DNA from: a virus
Reading direction: 5' to 3' (one strand)
Length of the DNA stretch: 64,000 nucleotides
Virus record (IMG/VR): IMGVR_UViG_3300012815_000001
Positions within the stretch are counted from its first letter, which is position 1; every line of letters starts with the position of its first letter. The position numbers were made by a program, and so were the translations under genes. The notes below the pieces were generated by a model. The model was not told the origin of the DNA, ran no database searches, and worked only from the letters and a program-made list of their open reading frames with translations. Positions 27,590-35,192 of this stretch are shown piece by piece.

Positions 27590-27622
27590 AAAAAAAAGCC
27601 CCAATCCGAAGATCAGGGCTAT
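27590..27622 (-). terminator. Rho-independent terminator downstream of the tRNA-derived att core
   Basis: Minus strand AGCCCTGATC-TTCG-GATTGGGGCT followed by a long T run. Confidence 0.75.
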
Positions 27623-27626
27623 TTAT

Positions 27627-27683
27627 TTTGGTACAAAGCGTTGGTACAAAACGCTTTATGTGACCTCTCGTAAGTGCTTGATT
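27627..27683. promoter_or_regulatory. Integrase arm-type repeats and IHF site left of att
   Basis: TTGGTACAAA twice in tandem; TAAGTGCTTGATT (27671-27683) is the reverse complement of AATCAA-GCAC-TTA, matching IHF WATCAANNNNTTR. Confidence 0.6.
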
Positions 27684-27702
27684 TACAAGAGCGTCAATAT
27701 AA

Positions 27703-27728
27703 TGGCGGAGAGATAGGGATTCGAACCC
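27703..27728 (-). mobile_element. att core: duplicated 3' end of tRNA-Ser
   Basis: Minus strand GGGTTCGAATCCCTATCTCTCCGCCA = T-arm, acceptor strand and CCA only; as I recall it, this matches the Pseudomonas tRNA-Ser(CGA) tail. Confidence 0.85.
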
Positions 27729-27819
27729 GACCAGCACACCCCACAACCCGCTCTAGGCCGCAATTATATTGGTTTTTGGGTAGGCTGCAAGGACAGAAAC
27801 GGCCTACAGCGGCCCATGT

Positions 27820-27840
27820 TTTGCCCTAAATTTGCCCTAA
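27820..27840. repeat. Direct repeat TTTGCCCTAA x2 (prophage arm-type sites)
   Basis: 27820-27829 and 27831-27840, about 90 bp inside att. Confidence 0.6.
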
Positions 27841-27981
27841 GACTGACTGCACATGGGGATGCCGCAGTCGGCATTGAAGCTCACACCAGTCACAGCTCCA
27901 CATTGAACCAAGTGATTCGCATAGCTTCGGCAAAGCGGTCCACGACTGACTCTCGGATAGAGTGCTGTGCCACAAGGGCTT

Positions 27982-28251
27982 TTAGCATGTCCGACTGGAT
28001 GGCCTCCCCGGCGTGAGCACCTGGCGGCGATCAATAGCGGCCACCTCGACCGCAATAAACAGCGCCTCAATAGTGGCAGGGGTCAGCGCACGCGCAGCCT
28101 CCACGCCTTCCACAAACCCCTCCGCGCGTGCTTGGGCCAGCTGCAGGCCGTGCATATCCTCGGCCCGCGACAGGCGTGACAGGTGGTTTTGCATCTTAGT
28201 GCGCAGCCCCGGCGGCAGGCTGATGGCGTCCAGCTTTTGACTGATGCTCAT
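27982..28251 (-). CDS. Small hypothetical protein, similar to 28496..28780
   Basis: GFVEGVEAARALTP versus GFLDGLVAAEVLSP. Confidence 0.65.
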   Translation of the reverse strand: MSISQKLDAISLPPGLRTKMQNHLSRLSRAEDMHGLQLAQARAEGFVEGVEAARALTPATIEALFIAVEVAAIDRRQVLTPGRPSSRTC

Positions 28252-28517
28252 GCCGGCACCTCCGACAGATAGGCCCGGATCTTAGCAAGGTCGCCTAACC
28301 AGTGGTGCGCTTCGCTCAGATCGCACTCCGGACAGTGATGCACCGGGTCCTGCGCATTGCTCGGCCATTGCAGGGCCGGGCAGTAGCGGCAGCGCACAGC
28401 CTCATGGCTCATGATCCTGTGGTCACTCCAGGCACCCCGCGCGAAGTCAGTACGCAAGGGCGGCGACTGCGAACCGGCAGCGAAGCCTTGAACATTTACG
28501 TATTCATCCATGCGCAT
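28248..28517 (-). CDS. Small putative Zn-binding protein
   Basis: EAVRCRYC...PSNA...HCPEC; same domain as the C-terminus of 28935..29507. Confidence 0.6.
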   Translation of the reverse strand: MRMDEYVNVQGFAAGSQSPPLRTDFARGAWSDHRIMSHEAVRCRYCPALQWPSNAQDPVHHCPECDLSEAHHWLGDLAKIRAYLSEVPA

Positions 28518-28780
28518 TCAAACCCCTTAATAAGTCGGTGATGGAATTCTCGGCCTTGCTCTGGAGATAGGACCTCAGCGGCCACCAGGCCGTCCAAAAA
28601 ACCGATCAGCTGGTTAAACAGGCTTGGGGGTGCCTGCTCAGTAAGGGCTTGAATGCGGAAGGCCTCGACGTGGTGACGCAAGCGATAGAGCATGTAATCG
28701 GGGTCTGCTAGGGTCATCAGGTCGTTAAACCATTGCTGGGCATTGTCCAATGCCAGCGGGTCTGTAAGCGGCGCGTACAT
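28496..28780 (-). CDS. Small hypothetical protein, similar to 27982..28251
   Basis: 94-aa ORF overlapping the next gene. Confidence 0.6.
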   Translation of the reverse strand: MYAPLTDPLALDNAQQWFNDLMTLADPDYMLYRLRHHVEAFRIQALTEQAPPSLFNQLIGFLDGLVAAEVLSPEQGREFHHRLIKGFECAWMNT

Positions 28781-28934
28781 AGCGACATGCCTTAAAGCAA
28801 AAATGTGGTGGGGGAATGCTTAATACCACGCATGGGGGGTATTGTAGACGAGTGTAGGGGTTCTGGTTTCCGCGCCACAAAAATCCGGCCTCCACACCTG
28901 GCCTAAGTGTGGGGGCCTTTTGACATAAGCGGCG

Positions 28935-29507
28935 TTATTGGTAACGCCTGACTGGAAAACACGTCATTCCGGCAGAATCGCCGAACGCGGTCCCTAGGAT
29001 CGCCGCCAGATCCCGCAACGGGTAGTGCAAGTCGCTAATCTCACAGTCATCGCAGTGTTCCAACGGAATGTGGGCATTGCTGGGCAGTTGGGTGGCCAAG
29101 CAATAACTACAGCGCACGGCTTCGTCACTCATAATCCACTTGTCATTCCACAGTCCCAGCGCAAAATCGCTCGTCCCCCTATCATCCATCGGCGACGCCA
29201 AATCGCGATTTGAAGTCATACACAACCTTGCCAAGCGCTGGACAGCGCTTCCACTGGCGCCCGGGCTGCCAAATTGTTCGACGAATACTTCATTGTTGTT
29301 TAGCCACGTAAATAGCTGGGCGCATGCGCGGGTGATCTCTGGATCCAGCCCCCACACGTCGGTCACGGCGGAGCGAACATTCCTTCCGGCATTCCACAAG
29401 GTGAATAGAAAACTGGATACCATGCGGCCCTGCTTGGTGTCGTCCTGAGCGGCAATTATCAGTCTCTCTAATGCCTGTTGAGTTTCTGGATCGAGAGTAA
29501 GTGACAC
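28935..29507 (-). CDS. Two-domain hypothetical protein with C-terminal CxxC...HCxxC domain
   Basis: EAVRCSYC...PSNA...HCDDC at the C-terminus. Confidence 0.65.
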   Translation of the reverse strand: MSLTLDPETQQALERLIIAAQDDTKQGRMVSSFLFTLWNAGRNVRSAVTDVWGLDPEITRACAQLFTWLNNNEVFVEQFGSPGASGSAVQRLARLCMTSNRDLASPMDDRGTSDFALGLWNDKWIMSDEAVRCSYCLATQLPSNAHIPLEHCDDCEISDLHYPLRDLAAILGTAFGDSAGMTCFPVRRYQ

Positions 29508-29705
29508 AGCGTAATTTCCTTCTTACGTGAGCGATGGACGTGCGTAGAGCCGTTATGTAGGGGCCTGGTGGATCCCTTGCCAGCACACTGCTTTCCGGTC
29601 AGACATAAAAAAGCCCTACCTCTGATTTAAATGTAGGAGCCTTTTTGACAAAAGCGACGTTAAAATCGGTGAATGTGACGCTAGTGAGTTTGGCCTCTAC
29701 AGCCT

Positions 29706-29860
29706 TTATTTAAGCTGACTGGCGAAACGACCTACGGCGCTCACCACTTGCTTTGCACCCTCCTGGATCTTAACGATAACCGAGCCCGCCTGGTTCGCTA
29801 ATTTCAGACCTTGCTCCGCTTGTTGCTTGCTGCTTGCCATGTCCTGTGTTGACGCATCCT
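29706..29860 (-). pseudogene. 3' fragment of a methyl-accepting chemotaxis protein gene
   Basis: MASSKQQAEQGLKLANQAGSVIVKIQEGAKQVVSAVGRFASQLK resembles an MCP C-terminal methylation helix; the rest of the gene is absent. Confidence 0.6.
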
Positions 29861-29875
29861 GCCCGGCCGCTCCTT

Positions 29876-30388
29876 TTACTTCGGTGTAGAAACTTCTTTT
29901 GCGTAAGCCTGACAAGCCCGCAGGGCGATCAGTCCTTGATCGCCGGCATCGGTGATTCCGATAATTCGTTGAGCATGCGTCGGGTCAAGTTGGGCTCGAC
30001 GGGCTGCATGAACCACGCTGACGGCGCTGGAGGTGGCAGGCACGCTGCAGCCACTGGCTGAATCCGTGGCGTCGAGAAGGACTGACAGCCGGAGTTCAGT
30101 AGTAGCAAGGCGATCACGGATAACAGCCTGCTTGCGTTGCTCATCGGATAATTCCTTTGTGTGTTGTTGGTCCTGGATAGCGAGTTTCTGCTCGATGACC
30201 AGGCGCTTGTCCTGCTCGGCGCGCGCCTGGGTGGTAGCGGCATTGCCGATCGCGTCGAGGTCCGCCTGAAACTGCTCCGCTTGCTTGGCCAGCTTCCCGT
30301 CATACCGCCAGTCCTGCACCTGCCAGGCGGCGCCGAAGCTCACGGCCATGGCCAGCAGGACCACAACCAACTTCTGCACCAGCGTCAC
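29876..30388 (-). CDS. Rz: Inner-membrane spanin (Rz-like)
   Basis: N-terminal TM, coiled coil, C-terminal GDQGLIALRACQAY; directly after the endolysin. Confidence 0.9.
   Translation of the reverse strand: MTLVQKLVVVLLAMAVSFGAAWQVQDWRYDGKLAKQAEQFQADLDAIGNAATTQARAEQDKRLVIEQKLAIQDQQHTKELSDEQRKQAVIRDRLATTELRLSVLLDATDSASGCSVPATSSAVSVVHAARRAQLDPTHAQRIIGITDAGDQGLIALRACQAYAKEVSTPK
29929..30144 (-). CDS. Rz1: Outer-membrane spanin lipoprotein (Rz1), embedded in Rz
   Basis: ATG 30144, lipobox LNSGC, Pro-rich (CLPPPAPSAWFMQP), alternative frame inside Rz. Confidence 0.85.
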   Translation of the reverse strand: MSNASRLLSVIALLLLNSGCQSFSTPRIQPVAAACLPPPAPSAWFMQPVEPNLTRRMLNELSESPMPAIKD

Positions 30389-30930
30389 GCCAGCACCTTC
30401 AGCGCCTTGCCATACAGCGCCTGACGGTCGGCCAGTCCGTTGGTACCACCGTTGATGCGCTTAGTGATCTTCAGCAAATCGCCTTGATCTGCCAGTGTGT
30501 TCAGTCCGCGGGAGGACCAGAACCACGCCGCCGACATCGCCGCGTGCTGTGGCTGCTCGAGCAGCTCGGGCTCATTGACCAGGTCCAGGCCCAGGGCCTC
30601 GCCGCACGCCGCATAGTTCGCACGTCCGGTAATCTGGATTAGGCCGCGGCCACGGTACTTGAAGCCGTCACCCTTCACGGTGTTGCCCAAGTCGGCGCGA
30701 CCTTCATAGCCGGCCTGCTGCGCGGTTGGCCCCCATATCTCACGCACATAACGCAATTGGCCTGACTCATGACCGACCTGGGCGATGAAGGCGGCGATGC
30801 GCAGACGATTGACGATGGCATACCGGGTCATGGCCGTATTTAACGCAGGAACGAAAACGCCGGCACTGCGACCGGCGTTCGGGAGGATCTGCAGCAGTTG
30901 CTGCTCAGTGATCGACATAATTTTCTCCAA
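30385..30930 (-). CDS. Endolysin, glycoside hydrolase family 19
   Basis: AAFIAQVGHES...GDGFKYRGRGLIQITGRANY...INGGTNG. Confidence 0.95.
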   Translation of the reverse strand: MEKIMSITEQQLLQILPNAGRSAGVFVPALNTAMTRYAIVNRLRIAAFIAQVGHESGQLRYVREIWGPTAQQAGYEGRADLGNTVKGDGFKYRGRGLIQITGRANYAACGEALGLDLVNEPELLEQPQHAAMSAAWFWSSRGLNTLADQGDLLKITKRINGGTNGLADRQALYGKALKVLA

Positions 30931-30940
30931 GATCGGCTAA

Positions 30941-30965
30941 TAAAAAACCCTGCCGAAGCAGGGTT
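30941..30965 (-). terminator. Rho-independent terminator after the anchorless tailspike paralog
   Basis: Minus strand AACCCTGC-TTCG-GCAGGGTT-TTTTATT. Confidence 0.85.
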
Positions 30966-30992
30966 CCTTATTTCACTTTGAGCGGGTTGTGT

Positions 30993-32654
30993 TTAACGAA
31001 GCGTCATGCGTGCCAGGGCTGGCGAACCATAAAACTTCAGCTCGCCATCCTCCCACCAAGTAGCAAAGTTCTCACCAATGCCGCCAGGGATTGGGGCTTG
31101 CGCTGTATCAATCGCAAACGGTGCGCCTTGGCTAGAAACTTCTGGGAGCGAAAGGAAGCCGGTAATGACGCAACCCTTGGGCGCCGCACCTGGTGCTGCA
31201 TTACGGCGCTCAAGAACCACAGAACCATATGCAGTTGAACCGGTTTGCAAAACAAACACATTTTTGACTCGAACGTAGTTCACGTCAGTGATCAACACCG
31301 CAGCATCACCGCAGTCGCCATAGACACCGTCGACCTCGACGTCATAGCTACCCACACCGAAAATATCAACAAGTTGCCCGGTTACGTTGTCTCCAACGTT
31401 ATCGATGAACTTGTTGTTGCCGTAGGACGTGACCAGCTCGTAGCAGTCCTCAGGCGCCCCATCTGTCCAGCACTCCTTGACCAGAAGTCCAGATGTTTCC
31501 CAGAACTCACATACTTCGTTGCCGGCCGAGTTCGAACCTTCAGCCTTTTGGAAGAAGCACTGCAAAACAGTGACGTTGCTGGTACGGCGCCACTCAAACA
31601 GGCGCCGATCAGCCACGTTACCTTCGAACGAGCAGTTCTCAAAAATGCAGTTGTCCGCACCATTGCCGTAGGCGGCAGTTTTGGTGACACCTGGCGTGTA
31701 GGTAAAGCGAACGTTTTTGAAATGACTGTTACGAATCATATTCGGAAGCTGGCTACCAATATTGCCACCAGGCTTCAGGTAATTGAGGTCACCAATCCCA
31801 ACATTGCAGCCACTGATAACGGTGTCGCGAACATTCGTGTAATCGATGGTCCAGCCGTTACCTACGTGCCAATGGAAATGGCTCGAAGTAAAGGCGCAAC
31901 GATAGATTTCGACTTCGAAAGCGCCTGAGCCGTAAGCATAAAAGACACCGTTTGTAGCGGTGTTTTTTGCAGTCCCTCGGACGATACAGTCAGTAAGCTT
32001 GACCTTTTTGGAGAGCTGACCGGCACCAACAAAACAGTAGTTGGAAAGACCGGAAATCTCGGAACCAATCATTTCCAACGTACCGGAACTGATGTTGGCC
32101 ATCACTTCGTCTGCAGTCCCGCTGCCACCTGCAATTTTGCAACGCTCAAACACAATAGGAGTGCCAAACGCGACAAAGTTGATCGCAGCAGAGCCGTTCG
32201 TTACGCCGGAGGCCTGCACGTTGAAAAAGCGTACGTGATAGGTCGCCGCCGGATCATTGAAGATAAAGGCTGGCTTCCCGCTCGCAAAGGTAATGGATTT
32301 ATTTTTGATTACATACGGGTCGGCCTGGGTCCCGGTACCGCTAGCCGCCAGAGCTGAAGCGGATGCCTGAGAGGTGATTGAAATAACAGGCGAAGCTGTA
32401 CGCGGGTCAGTAGTCACACCCACCTTTGTCGGGTCCGTCGGGCCCAGGGTTACCCAAGGCTGGCAGCCAGCGTTTCTGCGAATCGACTCGGCTTTAAACA
32501 TTGCCTGCATGCGCACAAGCTCAGCGAGAGGAGCTGATCCAATAGGCGTGCTGATCTCAGTATCAGCGGGAAGCGGATCAACGGCAGCTACTTCCAAGCT
32601 GAGAGCTTCAGGGGATTCGGTTTGGCTAGTAGGAATTTCGGTTGTGTTGTTCAT
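30993..32654 (-). CDS. Right-handed beta-helix (tailspike/depolymerase-like) protein lacking the virion-anchoring domain
   Basis: Colinear with the C-terminal ~520 aa of 32811..35180 (64 of 76 identical in one sampled block); RBS AAGGA before ATG 32654. Confidence 0.85.
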   Translation of the reverse strand: MNNTTEIPTSQTESPEALSLEVAAVDPLPADTEISTPIGSAPLAELVRMQAMFKAESIRRNAGCQPWVTLGPTDPTKVGVTTDPRTASPVISITSQASASALAASGTGTQADPYVIKNKSITFASGKPAFIFNDPAATYHVRFFNVQASGVTNGSAAINFVAFGTPIVFERCKIAGGSGTADEVMANISSGTLEMIGSEISGLSNYCFVGAGQLSKKVKLTDCIVRGTAKNTATNGVFYAYGSGAFEVEIYRCAFTSSHFHWHVGNGWTIDYTNVRDTVISGCNVGIGDLNYLKPGGNIGSQLPNMIRNSHFKNVRFTYTPGVTKTAAYGNGADNCIFENCSFEGNVADRRLFEWRRTSNVTVLQCFFQKAEGSNSAGNEVCEFWETSGLLVKECWTDGAPEDCYELVTSYGNNKFIDNVGDNVTGQLVDIFGVGSYDVEVDGVYGDCGDAAVLITDVNYVRVKNVFVLQTGSTAYGSVVLERRNAAPGAAPKGCVITGFLSLPEVSSQGAPFAIDTAQAPIPGGIGENFATWWEDGELKFYGSPALARMTLR

Positions 32655-32746
32655 TTTCTTTTCCTTGGTTATGAAAGGCCCGATCATATCGGGCTAGTAG
32701 TCTTCCGTGTTTACCTCAACAGCGAGACAACCATACCCCATAAACA

Positions 32747-32762
32747 CTGTATATGCATACAG
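32747..32762. promoter_or_regulatory. LexA (SOS) box
   Basis: CTGT-ATATGCAT-ACAG matches CTGT-N8-ACAG with an AT-rich spacer, in the intergenic gap upstream of 30993..32654. Confidence 0.8.
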
Positions 32763-32810
32763 CTTTTTTTCATGCGGCGGCTTTTCCTCGCCGACAGGGA
32801 AAGAAAGTGG

Positions 32811-35180
32811 TTATCGAAGTGTTAGGCGCGCCGGGGTTGCAGCGCCATACGTCTTAAGCTCACCGTTTTCCCACCAGGTAGCGAAGTTCGATCCGATCCC
32901 GCCAGCCACAGCCGCATAGCGAGTGTCCACAGCGAACGGAGCACCCTGGCTGCAAATCTCAGGAAGAGAGAGCAGACCTGTGATACTGCATCCTTTTGGA
33001 GACGCACCAGGTGCGGCGTTGCGACGTTCGAGCACGACAGAGCCGAGAGCGGTCGTGCCGGTTTGCTTAACGAAGACGTTGGAGACTTGAACGTAGTCCA
33101 CGTCCGTGATCAGCACTGCAGCGTCACCACAATCGCCGTACACACCGTCGACTTCAACATCGAAACTGCCGACGCCGAAGATGTCGACGCATTGCCCCGC
33201 GACGTTATCCGCTACGTTATCGATCAAACGATTTCGACCGTAGCTCGTAACGATTTCGTAGCAGTCCTCTGGCGCTCCGTTCGTCCAGCATTCCTGAATC
33301 GTAACTCCAGCACTCTCCCAGAACTCACAGACCTCATTGCCAGCAGTGTTGTTACCTAAGGGCTTCTGGAAGTAGCAACGCAGCAACGTCACATCACTGG
33401 TGCGGCGCCACTCAAATAGGCGCCGATCCACAGCGCTCCCCTCAAACGAACAGTTTTCAAACTTGCAATTGTCGGCGCCATTGCCGTAACAGGCTGTTTG
33501 TGTAACGCCGGCCGTGTAAGTAAATCGCACATTTTTGAAATTGCTGTGCCGAATCATGTTGGGGATCTGACTCAGGATATTGCCACCGGGTTTGAGGTAG
33601 TTCAGATCGCCGATAGCTACGGCACAACCACCAATGATTGTGTCTTGCACGTTGTTGTAGTCAATCGTCCAGCCGTTACCTACGTGCCAATGAAAGTGAC
33701 TGGAAGTGAAAGAGCAGCGGTAGATATCAACGTCGAACTCGCCAGCATTGGCTGCCCAGAAAACCCCGTTAGTAGCTGAGTTTTTCGCTGTGCCGATGAC
33801 TCGACAATCCGTCAGCCGGACTCGCTTCGCAGTAAGGCCAGCACCTACAAATAACTGGCCGGAAATGCCCGAGAACTCGACACCATAGAACTCCAACGTC
33901 CCGCTGCTGATTTGCAGTGCAATTTCATCAGCGGTTCCAGAGCCACCTGCAATACCACACCGCTCAAACACTACGGGCGTACCAAAAGCAGCAAAGTTAA
34001 TCGCCGCGCTGCCGTTGGATGTCCCCGTAGCACGCACGTTGTAAAAACGGACGTAATAGGTTGCCGCTGGGTCATTGAAAACGAAGGCAGGTGTACCGCT
34101 ACTGAAGGTCAGGTTCCTATTTTTTATGACGTATGGATCGGCTTGCGTGCCTGTGCCACTTGCCGCCAGAGCAGCAGCGCTGGCCGCAGAGGTAATAGAA
34201 ATAACAGGTGAGGCAACGCGGGCGTCTGTAGTGACACCCACCTTAGTTGGGTCCGCTGGTCCCAACGTCACCCATGGCTGACAACCCGCTGCGCGCCGGA
34301 TCTTCTCGGCTTTGAACATTGCCCGCATCCGGATTGACTCGACCAGCGGGGCAGTACCTATTGCGGTCGTAACTTTTGCATCGGATCGCATCAGTTGCGC
34401 AAAATCGCGGATCCAGCGGCCTGTGCTCGCGGGTGTTGCTTTCACAATAAATACGTCGTCAGCCGCAGCAACGCTCGACGGGTTCCACAGGAAATCGCCG
34501 GCGAGCCCTGGCACGTTCACGAGGCTGACCGTATCGTTTTCATAGCGGCCACTAATCGACTTCAACTCCGACAGACTGTTCACATGACGTATAGCACGGG
34601 CCACCATGGTGCCGCCCATAATCAGTGACGGATTGGCCAGCTGCTGCCTGAGGGCTCCGTCCGCTACCGAGACCAACTTCGGACTGTCTACCGTCCAGTT
34701 TCCACTCATGGTCAACGGCAGGCTTGCCTGATCACGTACCCGGTAAAGCTCACCAGATCGTTGCAGCAGCTGAGTGATGCGCAGCACCTGCGCCCCAGCT
34801 GCATATTGGACGAACTCACTTTCGTAAACTGATCGTTCCAAAAGCTGGTCGAACTCCCCACGCATGGTGACCAACAACTGATCAATTTCCCCTCGCACCT
34901 GCTCCACTGCAGTGGCCACGTCCAGAGTCGAGATATCCATGAGCCGGGGCGCGACATAGCCATAGCGGCTGATCTGAATATCGATGCGATCAGTCGTAGA
35001 GTAGAAGAACACCCGGCCATTGGCGTCAGCGAGAAACGGGTTGCCGAGCGGCACACTACCGGCAGTATCTGAGAACAAGACAGCACGCTGCTGCGTACCG
35101 TGGACGAACACGTCCACGCTTGCTCCAGGCAATAGAGCACCGTCTTCGGCCCGTGCGGCAAAGAACTGAATAGGCTGCAT
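32811..35180 (-). CDS. Tailspike / receptor-binding protein with beta-helix depolymerase-like domain
   Basis: N-terminal particle-binding region (LFSDTAGSVPLGNPFLADANGRVFFY), adapter segments, then parallel beta-helix repeats; last tail gene. Confidence 0.85.
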   Translation of the reverse strand: MQPIQFFAARAEDGALLPGASVDVFVHGTQQRAVLFSDTAGSVPLGNPFLADANGRVFFYSTTDRIDIQISRYGYVAPRLMDISTLDVATAVEQVRGEIDQLLVTMRGEFDQLLERSVYESEFVQYAAGAQVLRITQLLQRSGELYRVRDQASLPLTMSGNWTVDSPKLVSVADGALRQQLANPSLIMGGTMVARAIRHVNSLSELKSISGRYENDTVSLVNVPGLAGDFLWNPSSVAAADDVFIVKATPASTGRWIRDFAQLMRSDAKVTTAIGTAPLVESIRMRAMFKAEKIRRAAGCQPWVTLGPADPTKVGVTTDARVASPVISITSAASAAALAASGTGTQADPYVIKNRNLTFSSGTPAFVFNDPAATYYVRFYNVRATGTSNGSAAINFAAFGTPVVFERCGIAGGSGTADEIALQISSGTLEFYGVEFSGISGQLFVGAGLTAKRVRLTDCRVIGTAKNSATNGVFWAANAGEFDVDIYRCSFTSSHFHWHVGNGWTIDYNNVQDTIIGGCAVAIGDLNYLKPGGNILSQIPNMIRHSNFKNVRFTYTAGVTQTACYGNGADNCKFENCSFEGSAVDRRLFEWRRTSDVTLLRCYFQKPLGNNTAGNEVCEFWESAGVTIQECWTNGAPEDCYEIVTSYGRNRLIDNVADNVAGQCVDIFGVGSFDVEVDGVYGDCGDAAVLITDVDYVQVSNVFVKQTGTTALGSVVLERRNAAPGASPKGCSITGLLSLPEICSQGAPFAVDTRYAAVAGGIGSNFATWWENGELKTYGAATPARLTLR

Positions 35181-35192
35181 ATCGAATCTCTG

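Larger units (their letters stand above)
1..27600. mobile_element. AT-rich plasmid-like genomic island (left end outside window)
   Basis: Visibly much lower GC than the prophage; replication-like and conjugation-like genes, TA pair, methyltransferase; ends next to a tRNA-derived att core. Confidence 0.7.

Noticed and set aside
27703-27728. Functional tRNA-Ser gene
   Set aside because: Only the T-arm, acceptor 3' strand and CCA are present; the adjacent sequence lacks D and anticodon arms.
27375-27746. 123-aa ORF spanning the att site
   Set aside because: It runs through the tRNA fragment, arm repeats and terminator; no protein-like features.
32770-32800. Terminator between the tailspike and its paralog
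   Set aside because: A GC hairpin is present but is followed by an A run on the coding strand, not a U tract.
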